Positions 48,215-58,282 of a stretch of 64,000 nt of DNA are shown in pieces. The position numbers and the translations under genes were made by a program. The notes beneath the pieces were generated by a model. The model saw only the letters and a list, made by a program, of their open reading frames with translations, had not been told where the DNA came from and made no database searches. The DNA is taken from contig OZ223236.1 in the NCBI GenBank assembly GCA_965140445.1, forward strand, positions 4,000,001 through 4,064,000, in the 5' to 3' direction. Position 1 is the first letter of the stretch, and every line of letters begins with the position of its first letter. The stretch is from Candidatus Ozemobacteraceae bacterium. Its GTDB lineage: Bacteria > Muiribacteriota > Ozemobacteria > Ozemobacterales > Ozemobacteraceae.

Positions 48215-50746
48215 TTAATTATTCCATCTATCAATTGTATAAACAGTAATCAACAAGCTTGAGACTGTTTTTAGAATGTCCATTGATCGCTGCCATCTAT
48301 CCACAGGAACCCGGATTTTTGTAGGAACAAAAATTGTATCTCCAGGTTCAGCAAAAGTTTTATCAATAAATCCTCTTCCCGAGGTATTGCGGCTAACAAC
48401 CGTACCATCAGCTCTAATTAAATAAGTGTTACTCAAATCACCAGTTTTCGTTACTCCACCGACACGATTCAAATAATACCTTAGGCTCTTGTTATTTTCC
48501 CATAAAATCCCCATCGAGTTGTAAACAGCCCCCTCAATCATTACAGATGAAGGTCTAGAAGGAATGAAAAGTTCGTCACCAGGTTCTAGAACAACATCAA
48601 ACCTTGAATTTGAAAACTTCTCTAAATCATCCAACTTAACAACAACGCGCCCCTCTGGTTGAGTTCGCTCAAGAGCTAACTCCAGCTCACTCTGTTTTTC
48701 TATAGCGAATTTTCTAGCTTGAGTTTCTGAATCATAGGAGCGAATGTAATATTTACTTTTTTCGGTTTCGATAGACTGTTCTTGTCTAAGTTGACTCAAC
48801 CGAACTTCCTTATTCTTTTTTTGCACGTCTTTGACAGACAAGCGGGTAAAAACTCCTGCTTTTAAATAAGCTCTTTGTCCGAAACCTTGAGCTCTCTTAA
48901 TTACAGAACTAAGCTTTTCTCCAGGCTGGAAGCTGTATCTTCCAGGATACTTGAACTCGCCCTTTAAAGTAATATAATTGTCAATTTTCCATTCAGGAAC
49001 ACTTTTAACCATAAGACTATCAAATGGTTCAACCTCAAGATTGTGTCTAGAATCATCATTCATTGCCTTACCCAAATCAACTTCAATACGAGTCAAAACT
49101 AATTCGCCATTTTTAATAGACCTTCTTGAAAGTTCTGCCGTAGAAAGACTCACACCATTCTTAAGTCCACCACTTCTATAAATCAAATCTTTAATGCGCA
49201 TTCCTGGTGTAAATGGCATTGTTCCCGGAGTAATAACATGGCCCGTAACTGAAACCATTGCACTGTCCTTCATTAATGCCAATGGAAAAATAACGATTCT
49301 ATCTTTGGCCTTCAATTCTATATCAGCATTTTTGTCTCCTTCAAGAATCTTACCGGGGTTAAAACTTACAACTTGGTATTCGCCACCAAGTCCTCCCTCT
49401 CTAAGAATCTCCCCATAATCAAGAGCAGGATTCTTCTTAAGCATATTTGCTGAACTTAGAATTTCACTTAGCATGATCCCTTCTTTAAATGGCCTTGGTC
49501 CTGCTTCAAAAACATGTCCTTCCAAAGAAATCATTTGCTTCTCTCTTGGACTAATTGAAAAGACCCTAATTGCATCTAAATCTTGAACTGGTGTAGAGTT
49601 TCCAGAGAAACTGCTATCTTTTCTTGAAATCTCCCGAGAAAAAATAATCTGTTCCTTATGGGCTATAAGTCTTTGAATCTGAATTTTTTGCAAATCTGCT
49701 GTTGGAATAATGCCTCCAGAAATTTCAAGCGCTTCTCCCAATGTCATTTCTTTACTAGTTAATTCATAAATAGCAGGTCTTTTAACTGCCCCAGAAATGT
49801 AAACACGACTTCCAGCAAGTGGAACAAAAACTGTATCTCCGTCACGGAGATCCACATCACCAGATCTATCACCTTTTGTTAAGAAATCGTATACATCAAA
49901 TTTCCCAACAAGTTTCTTTCCCCGTCTAACTTCAATCTTTCGAAGAGAGCCTTTTAATGTTGGGCCTCCCGCAGCCATCAATGATGTAAGGGCAGTAGAT
50001 CCTCCCTCAAGGCCATAAACGCCAGGACTGTGAACTTCTCCAACAACAAAAACATTATTTTTTCTTGGCTTAACTGGCACAACAGATAGGTCAAAACCAG
50101 TCAATTTTTCCGAAATTACTTCGTTTATCTTTATTTTTAAGCCAGAGAAAGATAAGCCATTTGCATTAAAGAAACCGTAATTGGGCATTAAAAAATCTCC
50201 GTTGGCAGAGATTTGGGTTGTAAAAGACGCATCTTCGCTTCCCCAAACTCCAACATGAAAGACATCGCCAGGCCCAACTAAATAAGAATCACTTATTGAA
50301 ACCTTTCCTGACACCGTATAATTTGATTGATTAAACATGTCATAACCAAAGTGCTTTAGAGATTCGGCTTTACTATTTGGCTTTTTCAAATTAAAAACAG
50401 ACTTTTTCTCAATTTTGTTTTGATTCTCATCTACAGATGATCTAACTCTATCTTCGCCGTCAATAGAAAAAGTTTGAGTTTCAGATTCTTCTTTTTGCAA
50501 CCGTTCTTCTGTGTTTTGATTATCAGAAGATTTATCTTTTATCATTTCTCCAAACAGTTTTTGGGTTGGGTTAGGAAGATTAAATCCATCAACTCCTTGA
50601 CTAACAAAACCAGTCCTTACACTATCAGATGGTGAGGCGCCGAAGGCTATCCCCCCTGAAATAAGGAAAACACCAATAGCAGAAATTGCTGCTTTCCGAA
50701 ATAAAGATCGTAATGCGCTCTCACTGGATCTTTGGTTTAATGACAT
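48215..50746 (-). CDS. Polysaccharide export protein with multiple SLBB domains (KpsD/Wza-like)
   Basis: FGYDMF, YLVGPGD, repeated GEV/GAV..PG..L...GG units, GDTIFVP. Confidence 0.88.
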   Translation of the reverse strand: MSLNQRSSESALRSLFRKAAISAIGVFLISGGIAFGASPSDSVRTGFVSQGVDGFNLPNPTQKLFGEMIKDKSSDNQNTEERLQKEESETQTFSIDGEDRVRSSVDENQNKIEKKSVFNLKKPNSKAESLKHFGYDMFNQSNYTVSGKVSISDSYLVGPGDVFHVGVWGSEDASFTTQISANGDFLMPNYGFFNANGLSFSGLKIKINEVISEKLTGFDLSVVPVKPRKNNVFVVGEVHSPGVYGLEGGSTALTSLMAAGGPTLKGSLRKIEVRRGKKLVGKFDVYDFLTKGDRSGDVDLRDGDTVFVPLAGSRVYISGAVKRPAIYELTSKEMTLGEALEISGGIIPTADLQKIQIQRLIAHKEQIIFSREISRKDSSFSGNSTPVQDLDAIRVFSISPREKQMISLEGHVFEAGPRPFKEGIMLSEILSSANMLKKNPALDYGEILREGGLGGEYQVVSFNPGKILEGDKNADIELKAKDRIVIFPLALMKDSAMVSVTGHVITPGTMPFTPGMRIKDLIYRSGGLKNGVSLSTAELSRRSIKNGELVLTRIEVDLGKAMNDDSRHNLEVEPFDSLMVKSVPEWKIDNYITLKGEFKYPGRYSFQPGEKLSSVIKRAQGFGQRAYLKAGVFTRLSVKDVQKKNKEVRLSQLRQEQSIETEKSKYYIRSYDSETQARKFAIEKQSELELALERTQPEGRVVVKLDDLEKFSNSRFDVVLEPGDELFIPSRPSSVMIEGAVYNSMGILWENNKSLRYYLNRVGGVTKTGDLSNTYLIRADGTVVSRNTSGRGFIDKTFAEPGDTIFVPTKIRVPVDRWQRSMDILKTVSSLLITVYTIDRWNN

Positions 50747-50762
50747 TCTTATGACTCCTTAA

Positions 50763-52034
50763 TCAGCTCTTATTAGTCACCGGGTTTATCAAAGTGGTTA
50801 CCAATAGGTAGCCACAGGCTAAGAATAGGCCTACGATAGCTCCATAAATGCTTTGCAATCTCACGTTTGGAGCAATTTGCATCGCAGTTACTGCCGGATC
50901 GAGCACGTAGAAACTAGTTGGTTCCATTTGTTCTTTAAGTTTGGCAAGCTCAAGCTTTTCAACGAGCATAGAATGGATTTTTTCCATATTTTCCTTTATT
51001 CGTCTTAGCTTTGAATGTTCAGCTGCAAGATTTGGGACAGCAGAAACACCGCCATCAATAATTTCGGTATATCTATGTTTTTCATTTACATTTAAATTGT
51101 CAATATTGCCGTTCTCTTGAAAACTAATCTCTGATTTAATTGAGTCTAACTCCCTCCTTAGTCGCCTGATTTCATCCTTAGGCGAAGTCGGAGAATTTTC
51201 TAGAATTTCTAATTCCCGGCTCTTAACAATAAGTTGAGATTTTAGACTCTGAATAACATTTAGAGCTGATTTTGCCTGAGTATCTAATGAAATTAACTTA
51301 TGCTTAACTTCAAATTTGCGAAGATCTTCTTCAGTTTTTTCTAAAGAAGCTTCATAAAGCTTACTTTGCTTTTCTAAATACTGACGATTTTTTGACTCTT
51401 GATTAAGACTATTAGATTCAATATATTTTCTTAACACTTCTAAATACTTGTTAGCAGTTGCAACAGCTAAATCTGGATTTGTCATGTTACAAACCATCAC
51501 AGGTGGTTTGGTATGATTGGTTAAATCAACCATAATGGCACCACGAACCATCGCGGCAAGTCTTTCCTTGTAGAGAGGATGATTTTTATCTGCTCCTGGC
51601 CAAAAGTGATCAGATAATTCTGGCAATTCGTCAACGACTAACTTTGCCAAAGATCTACTATAAATAATAAGTAGAAGCTGCCTTGCAATATCCTTTTTCA
51701 TTGACGTCGTTTCAGTGATAAAGCTTCCCATAGAATTCGAAACAGGAAAAACAGTACCCCCATTATCGCGGTTCCACCTTGATCCTTCAAGAGCAAAGAA
51801 ACTGGCCCTCGCTTGATAAATTTTTGGGGAAAGCATTCCAAGAATCAGGGCAATCAAAAAACCCAAAGCAGTCATTGCTATTATAAAAAATCTGCGTTTT
51901 ATGAAAACCTCATACATTGGAGGACCATCCTCCAGACCAGACTTTCGATTCCCATTATCGTGCTTTAATCTATCATGCCTAGAAGCAGATTCCTGAGGAA
52001 AACCATCAAATTCATTATTATTTATTTCGTTCAT
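50763..52034 (-). CDS. Wzz/GumC-like polysaccharide co-polymerase
   Basis: Two TM segments, PKIYQA, long coiled coil, VLDPA..P; no kinase domain. Confidence 0.8.
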   Translation of the reverse strand: MNEINNNEFDGFPQESASRHDRLKHDNGNRKSGLEDGPPMYEVFIKRRFFIIAMTALGFLIALILGMLSPKIYQARASFFALEGSRWNRDNGGTVFPVSNSMGSFITETTSMKKDIARQLLLIIYSRSLAKLVVDELPELSDHFWPGADKNHPLYKERLAAMVRGAIMVDLTNHTKPPVMVCNMTNPDLAVATANKYLEVLRKYIESNSLNQESKNRQYLEKQSKLYEASLEKTEEDLRKFEVKHKLISLDTQAKSALNVIQSLKSQLIVKSRELEILENSPTSPKDEIRRLRRELDSIKSEISFQENGNIDNLNVNEKHRYTEIIDGGVSAVPNLAAEHSKLRRIKENMEKIHSMLVEKLELAKLKEQMEPTSFYVLDPAVTAMQIAPNVRLQSIYGAIVGLFLACGYLLVTTLINPVTNKS

Positions 52035-52230
52035 ATTCCAATCCTAGCCAATTAGATTTTCGGCCAATCTACTTATCGACCGAATATATAAAAAACATTA
52101 CACCTAATTTAATTATACTTTTTTTTTCCATTTTTTTAAAGCAAACTATTCATTAAAACTTGATTCTCTAACTCTTTTCGATTTACCAAGTAAATTCTTT
52201 CTTCCAAATTAGAGTTTAAAATAGTTCATT

Positions 52231-53697
52231 TTAATATGCCCCATCCCCAGAAATGACAACAGGTATGGTTTTCAGTAAAATTTTTATATCAAGCCACAGA
52301 GACCAGTTATCAATGTAGTACAAGTCCATTTTCATCCAATCGTCAAAACTAATATTACTTCTCCCAGATACTTGCCAAATACAGCTCAAACCTGGTTTCA
52401 TAGACAACCTCCTAAGCTGCCATGGCTCATACTTTTCTACTTCAGAGGGAATCGGAGGCCTCGGGCCAATTAAGCTCATATCACCAGAAAGAACATTCCA
52501 AAATTGTGGTAATTCATCTAAGGAATACTTTCGTATCAGCTTACCAATTCCAGTGATTCTAGGATCATCCTTCATTTTAAACACAGGTCCATCGGCTTCA
52601 TTTTTTGAGCTAAGGTCTGACTTTAAATCCTCAGCATTTGTAACCATTGATCTAAATTTGTAAAAGTTAAAAATTTTCCCATTCAAGCCTGATCGTTTCT
52701 GACTAAAAAAAATCGGCCCCTCTGATCCTAATTTAATTGCAGCTGCAACAATTAAATATATGGGTGAGAGTAGAAACATCATTAAAATTGAAAATGTTAT
52801 ATCGATAACTCTTTTTAATGCAATTCTTAAAGGTGCCACAGCTTGTTTCTGAAAGGAAAATATTGGAATGCCTAAAAATTCTTCCATATTTGCTTCAGAA
52901 AGAATTAAGTTAAAAAAGTTCGCATAAACTTGAAATGGAACTCCTTTGTTGCTACAAAGAATCATAGAGTCATTGAGTTCTCTTATCCAATCATTGGGGG
53001 TACAGAAGAGGACTTCATCAACTTTTGTTTTAACCAGTATCTGTTCAAGATTTGCCAAAGACCAATTCAATTTTTCACTTTTCTTTTTGGCCCCTGAATG
53101 CTCCTCATCAAATTCAGCTCTGTCCTTGTGAATGATAACCCCAACGACCGACATTCCAGGAAAAGGTGTCCGCTGAAGTATTCTAGCAAATTGAGCCGCT
53201 CTTTGAGGAGATCCAATAACCAAAACTTTTCTGTCAATTTTCGGGTTAAATCGAAACAATTTTCCCGTAACGGTTACAAATTTATTTCTTAAAAGAAGCA
53301 AGATAGGAGAAACAATAAAAAAAATAACCAAAAATCTTCTTGAAGCCGGGTATTTTGCTATAAAAAAACTAATAAAGTTAAATAAAACAAAGGTCAAGGC
53401 AGTGCTCTTTGAAATTCCCGGCAAAAATCGAAATGGATAAACAGCATTATGCAAGTCGTAAAGCTTGAAGAAATCAAGAGCTACAACAAAAATTATAACG
53501 AGAATTATCATCAACCACGAAAGATTCATATATGCATCAGGAAGAATAGTAGATCCCGCAGTACTTAAGATAAATGCAATAAAGCACGCTAATGCAATGA
53601 CAGAAGTATCATATGCCCTAATTAGCGTTCTCAACAAAGTTTCTTTCATATAACAATCATCCTCTATTTTGGTTCCTTCATTTCGCCTTATCGACAT
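52231..53697 (-). CDS. Priming undecaprenyl-phosphate sugar phosphotransferase (WcaJ/CpsE-like)
   Basis: KRVIDI, KFRSM, DPRIT, SLDELPQ, GPRP, KPGL, QVSGR, DLYY. Confidence 0.93.
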   Translation of the reverse strand: MSIRRNEGTKIEDDCYMKETLLRTLIRAYDTSVIALACFIAFILSTAGSTILPDAYMNLSWLMIILVIIFVVALDFFKLYDLHNAVYPFRFLPGISKSTALTFVLFNFISFFIAKYPASRRFLVIFFIVSPILLLLRNKFVTVTGKLFRFNPKIDRKVLVIGSPQRAAQFARILQRTPFPGMSVVGVIIHKDRAEFDEEHSGAKKKSEKLNWSLANLEQILVKTKVDEVLFCTPNDWIRELNDSMILCSNKGVPFQVYANFFNLILSEANMEEFLGIPIFSFQKQAVAPLRIALKRVIDITFSILMMFLLSPIYLIVAAAIKLGSEGPIFFSQKRSGLNGKIFNFYKFRSMVTNAEDLKSDLSSKNEADGPVFKMKDDPRITGIGKLIRKYSLDELPQFWNVLSGDMSLIGPRPPIPSEVEKYEPWQLRRLSMKPGLSCIWQVSGRSNISFDDWMKMDLYYIDNWSLWLDIKILLKTIPVVISGDGAY

Positions 53698-53751
53698 ATA
53701 GACTGCTTTGTCTTACAATAAAGTTATGAAATTTAGCTGCGATAAAATAGA

Positions 53752-54555
53752 ATGAAAACAAAACTTAACTTTATTCATTACTCCTTATTCTTTTTTTCCA
53801 TAATTACAGCCTATAAAGTTTGGCCTCTATGGCAGAATTCAAGCTTTAGTCACCAGCCTATTGTCATGCTCATTTTTTTTTACCTTTCTTCTTCCAGATT
53901 TATAAAACGAGTTGATTTACGGCCCTCACCTCTCCCATTTTTGTTTTTGATTTTTATACTTATAGGGTTTGAAATAATTTTAAAAAATCAAATCTTTTTC
54001 CTCGTTTGGCTAATTGCACCTCTTAAGGTCGTTCTATTTTTACTATTTTTTTTAAATCGCCCTCTGGACCAAGACGAGAAGATGCTTGTAATGCTTTATC
54101 TTTCATGTTGGCCTTTTCCATGGCCTCTAACAAGGCTATTTGCTCCGATTATGACATTAGGTTCCAAGTATTTTGCTTCTTTTATTCTTCTACCAGTAGA
54201 CCTTACCTCCCATGTAGAAGGAAGTATTATAAAATCAATGGGAAAGTCTCTTAGCATAGGAGAAAAATGTGGAGGAGTAAATGGGATTTATGTAAGTTTC
54301 TCTTTATTGATAATTTTTTCTATTTTTCAAAAGATTTCCCTCCGAAAGCTTTTTCTGGTAGTAATGCTTATGCCAATTTCATTGATTCTCTTTAATAGTC
54401 TGCGCATCGCCACATTTTTTATTGGATCAACATATTTTTTTGATTTTGAAAAAGCAATTGCCAATTTTCACACCATTGGGCCAGTATTTTTTATTCCCCA
54501 CATTTTATTAATGTTTTTGGTTCTACAACTCAAATTTAAATATGAAAAAAGATAG
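53752..54555 (+). CDS. Exosortase/archaeosortase family protein
   Basis: Multi-TM protein with EKCGG (Cys), NSLRI (Arg), FHT (His) triad. Confidence 0.8.
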   Translation: MKTKLNFIHYSLFFFSIITAYKVWPLWQNSSFSHQPIVMLIFFYLSSSRFIKRVDLRPSPLPFLFLIFILIGFEIILKNQIFFLVWLIAPLKVVLFLLFFLNRPLDQDEKMLVMLYLSCWPFPWPLTRLFAPIMTLGSKYFASFILLPVDLTSHVEGSIIKSMGKSLSIGEKCGGVNGIYVSFSLLIIFSIFQKISLRKLFLVVMLMPISLILFNSLRIATFFIGSTYFFDFEKAIANFHTIGPVFFIPHILLMFLVLQLKFKYEKR

Positions 54556-55147
54556 TTTTTTGCTTTACAAATGTTTTTATAGTTTAAGCCTATTGCTATG
54601 TTTTTATTCAGCCTTTTTTACTGATGTGGAATTTGAAAAAACATATCTAAGAGCTAGTTTCAATAAAAATCAGAATTTTAGTCATTTCTTTCTAAAAAAA
54701 AGTGAAAAAAAATTGGAAAATGAAGAAATTATACAAATTTTCGATAGATTTAATTCCCAGATTGGAAATCTTTATATCCTAAAACAATTTTTTTTTAAAA
54801 ATGGAAATTACCCTGTAAATTGGTCAAAAACTTACTGGCAAAAGATTAATCCTTACTCCAAAATTAGCTTAAACTTAACTGACAATGCTAGAACTAGTAT
54901 TCCAATTAGCTATTCAATTACCAAAAAAACAAGTAAAACATTTAAAGTTTTCGCCTATACTTATTACGTTGGTGGAAAAAGTTTTGGACAGTTCAATTCT
55001 GCCCTTATTTACAAAACGGCACTTTGCTTTATAGGAAAAAACTACCCATGCTTCAATGTTTGGATTGAGCTAACCATCGCCGAGAAGGATTTATTAATCA
55101 TTCCATCAATTATTTCTGGAATTTTAAGCCAATTAAATTATTCTTAG
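54542..55147 (+). CDS. Divergent exosortase-associated (EpsI-like) protein
   Basis: Overlaps the exosortase stop; N-terminal TM; YTYYVGGK pattern. Confidence 0.45.
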   Translation: MKKDSFLLYKCFYSLSLLLCFYSAFFTDVEFEKTYLRASFNKNQNFSHFFLKKSEKKLENEEIIQIFDRFNSQIGNLYILKQFFFKNGNYPVNWSKTYWQKINPYSKISLNLTDNARTSIPISYSITKKTSKTFKVFAYTYYVGGKSFGQFNSALIYKTALCFIGKNYPCFNVWIELTIAEKDLLIIPSIISGILSQLNYS

Positions 55148-55166
55148 ATGAAAAATCTGAATTAAT

Positions 55167-57200
55167 CTACTTCGGAATATATCCACAAATTCTTTCAAAG
55201 TTCGCTTTAATACCTGGGTGATCAGGCGAAAGCTCCACTGCTCTTTTAATATTTTTTTCTGCTGAGACTTTATCTCCAGAAGCAAAATATACTGTGGCAA
55301 GACTATCATGTAATCCAGCATTTTCTTCATTTTGATTTAAAACCTCTTCTAGCAGGCTTATGGCTTGATCTAGATTTTTTCCCATTCTGGCCCAAATTAG
55401 AGCCAGATTATTAACTAAACCTGGTTTCTTTCCGCCAATTTGAAATGCAAGAGTATAGCACTCCTCCGCTCTTAGTAGGTTACCTTTCTTTTCATAAGCA
55501 AGGCCAAGGTTGAAATGAGAAAAGATATTGCCTGAATCCAATTTTAAGCAATGTTTTAAGAGAGCAATAGCTCTATCAGGCTTATTTTCTCGAAGCAAAA
55601 TTGAGGCGAGATTCTGTGATGGCTCAAGATAATCAGAGGCTAGTTTTATTGCTCGTGCATACATTTTCTTGGCCATGCCAAGCTTTCCTAAGCGCTCAAA
55701 AGTTGCACCACACATTACCAGAGGGTCAGGATCCTTTTGATCAATAAAAGCAGATTGACCAAAATTATGCAAAGCTGCCTCTAGAGCCCCTTGCCTGAAA
55801 GCAATGTTTCCCAGATAGAAATGGTCTCTGGAAAAGTCTGGAGTTTTAATAAAATAGTTTCCTGCCAATGTGAAAATTGCAACTATAGCCGCTGTAGAAA
55901 ATGTAAATAGTCTAAAATCTTTAAAATCCTTATTTCTGTATACTTCAAAAAGTTTTTGAATTCCAAGTAAAGCAAAAATAATGAGAAATGGAACAACAGG
56001 AATTCTATATCTTGAGCAGGAAAAGAAAATCTGATTAACTAAATATCCGCTAAGAACAAATAAACTTAGACTCAAAATGCTGGAATCACCCTTTTTGGTT
56101 GTTACAAATCCCAGCAATGCAAAACCAAGCAAAACTGACATTCCAACAAACGGTAACTTTAAGAAAGGCGAAAACCTTTTTGAGAAATAGAAACTCCGGT
56201 TATTTGGCAATTCAACTGGCCCACAGAAAGAAACAAATTTCTTCCCCATTAGTTTTAGCCATGAAACAGGCTCATTTTTTATGTATCGCAAGCCTTCTTT
56301 ATACCAGTTAAATGACCTTTTTGATGGCAAGGCAGGAAGCCATGTTCCCTCTTTACGCTTAACTCTCTGCCATTCTAATCCCGGTTTAATGGCAGAAAAA
56401 CCGTCTGAGAATTTGTTATTGCCAGAAAAAAAGTTAAGTCCTCCATTTGAAGAAACAAGCACAAAATCCTGTCCTTCAAGCAGGTTTCTGACTGTTACTG
56501 GAGCAATAACCAGCGATAGTCCGATAAAAGCCGCAGCAAAAGTTTTCAATCGCTTACCCTCAGGGAAAAAGCTGCGCCAGCAAAATACGGCCAAAACAGC
56601 CAGGATCAACCCAGTTGGCTTTAATAAAGAAAACAATCCTAAAAGCAAACCACAAATAAAAACTCTGAAAACCCCCTTAGTCTTTAAGGCTTTTATCCAG
56701 AAAAGAGCAAGAACCAGACTTAAGAAGATTAACCAAACTGGTCTTAGAAGCTGAACTTCAAAAAAGATAAAAGGGGTCCATAAAGCCGCCAGAACTCCCG
56801 CAAACACTGCCCAGGAACCGGACAAAAATTCCAGAGCAAGAATAAAAACAAAAACGGAATTTAAAGCACCAATAAAAATCTGAACTGACCTGATAATTTC
56901 TATGTTTGCGCCAAAAAGATCATAGATTATCCCTATAAAAAAAGGATAAAGCGGAGCTTTTGGAAAAATACCTGTGCCAAGAGTGTGGAGCTCTGCGAAG
57001 CCTTTTGCAAATAGGTGAAACTCCCATTCATCAACGATTGGGGGAGAATAATGCCCAGCTTCCCAAAACTTAAGATGAAACAGCCTGATTATGAAAGCAA
57101 TAAGAAAAATTAAAACTGCATCCAGAAACAAAAGTATCTTTCTTTTTTTTTCCGGATCAAAATTTTCAAAAAATTCCCTCACAGCCCCCGAATTAATCAT
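55167..57200 (-). CDS. GT-C (GT39/ArnT-like) glycosyltransferase with C-terminal TPRs
   Basis: IRL, VDE, PLYP, NGGLNF..GNN, RYR.P, then TPR repeats. Confidence 0.8.
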   Translation of the reverse strand: MINSGAVREFFENFDPEKKRKILLFLDAVLIFLIAFIIRLFHLKFWEAGHYSPPIVDEWEFHLFAKGFAELHTLGTGIFPKAPLYPFFIGIIYDLFGANIEIIRSVQIFIGALNSVFVFILALEFLSGSWAVFAGVLAALWTPFIFFEVQLLRPVWLIFLSLVLALFWIKALKTKGVFRVFICGLLLGLFSLLKPTGLILAVLAVFCWRSFFPEGKRLKTFAAAFIGLSLVIAPVTVRNLLEGQDFVLVSSNGGLNFFSGNNKFSDGFSAIKPGLEWQRVKRKEGTWLPALPSKRSFNWYKEGLRYIKNEPVSWLKLMGKKFVSFCGPVELPNNRSFYFSKRFSPFLKLPFVGMSVLLGFALLGFVTTKKGDSSILSLSLFVLSGYLVNQIFFSCSRYRIPVVPFLIIFALLGIQKLFEVYRNKDFKDFRLFTFSTAAIVAIFTLAGNYFIKTPDFSRDHFYLGNIAFRQGALEAALHNFGQSAFIDQKDPDPLVMCGATFERLGKLGMAKKMYARAIKLASDYLEPSQNLASILLRENKPDRAIALLKHCLKLDSGNIFSHFNLGLAYEKKGNLLRAEECYTLAFQIGGKKPGLVNNLALIWARMGKNLDQAISLLEEVLNQNEENAGLHDSLATVYFASGDKVSAEKNIKRAVELSPDHPGIKANFERICGYIPK

Positions 57201-58044
57201 TTTTACGCCTTTTTCGCCACATCATTAAAGTTCCCAGACTGAATAATATCATACTTCCAGGCTCAGGCGCACCGGGAGCACTAAATGTTGTTGCGCTCAC
57301 GAAATAATAGTTATCAACTCCACCAGTATTAACGATATCCCATAGCCACCACTCGTGACCAGATTCTGTTTTAGCCCCAACAGAAGCGGTTGTTCCATCT
57401 GCCCAGGTATCATAAACTGCAACCCAGTCATTTGTATCGCCGGGATTATCCTGATAGCCATAAACAACAAAAGAATGGCCGCCAATTGGTAGCAAAGCAT
57501 TTATAATCAAGGGCTTACCTTGATCAATCTCGTTTATAACATCGGTGAACCCAAAATTTCCAGTGGGGTTTAAATCGGGTCTCGCTGTGGTTCTTTCAGT
57601 TACAGCGGTAAATGCATAGGATTCGTTTACTCCTACTGTGTCTGGATTATCCCATGCAGCGAAGTCTGTCAAACCTTGAGCTATTCCAGAATTTCCATTA
57701 TAGGAAATATCATATGTTCCGCCATCACTTGCCGGATCCACCGAAGTATCCATAAAATCTGCAATACTATTATCTGCATGGCTTCCAGGGCCGTCTACTC
57801 CCCAATAATCATTTACATGATCAACAGTAGCAATGGCATTTTTTGCGGCGGCATTATAAGTCGAAATATCCCCATCAACCAGGTTGTATCCCCTGGCATC
57901 CCAATAGCCAATTAGCATTCCCCCAGAAGTTGGCGCACACCCGTAATACCAGTAATAAAGAGGCACCCCACTCAAAGTCAGCTGAGCTGAAAAAAGTGGA
58001 GTTGACAACAATATCAGTATTATTACGAGGCTTTTTCTTTTCAT
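57193..58044 (-). CDS. PEP-CTERM protein with papain-like (C39-like) domain
   Basis: Signal peptide; YGCAPTS, GHSFVVYGY, VYDTW; C-terminal APEPGS-hydrophobic-RKRRK. Confidence 0.85.
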   Translation of the reverse strand: MKRKSLVIILILLSTPLFSAQLTLSGVPLYYWYYGCAPTSGGMLIGYWDARGYNLVDGDISTYNAAAKNAIATVDHVNDYWGVDGPGSHADNSIADFMDTSVDPASDGGTYDISYNGNSGIAQGLTDFAAWDNPDTVGVNESYAFTAVTERTTARPDLNPTGNFGFTDVINEIDQGKPLIINALLPIGGHSFVVYGYQDNPGDTNDWVAVYDTWADGTTASVGAKTESGHEWWLWDIVNTGGVDNYYFVSATTFSAPGAPEPGSMILFSLGTLMMWRKRRKND

Positions 58045-58282
58045 TTTCCTAACCAATTTTTAATTATAACTGAATCAAAATATTTTTGCGAAGTGTTCTA
58101 GAATTAAATGAGCAATTTTGTTGAATTGAAAAAAAAAATCGAAGATAATCTATTCTGCTTTACAAATCGTTTTTTTTTTACAATTTTATATTTCTTAAGG
58201 CATAATTCATTATTGAATATAATAATTGTTAGATGATAGTCTATTTATGTTTTGAAATGTAAAAGAGTAAAAGGAAATTTTT

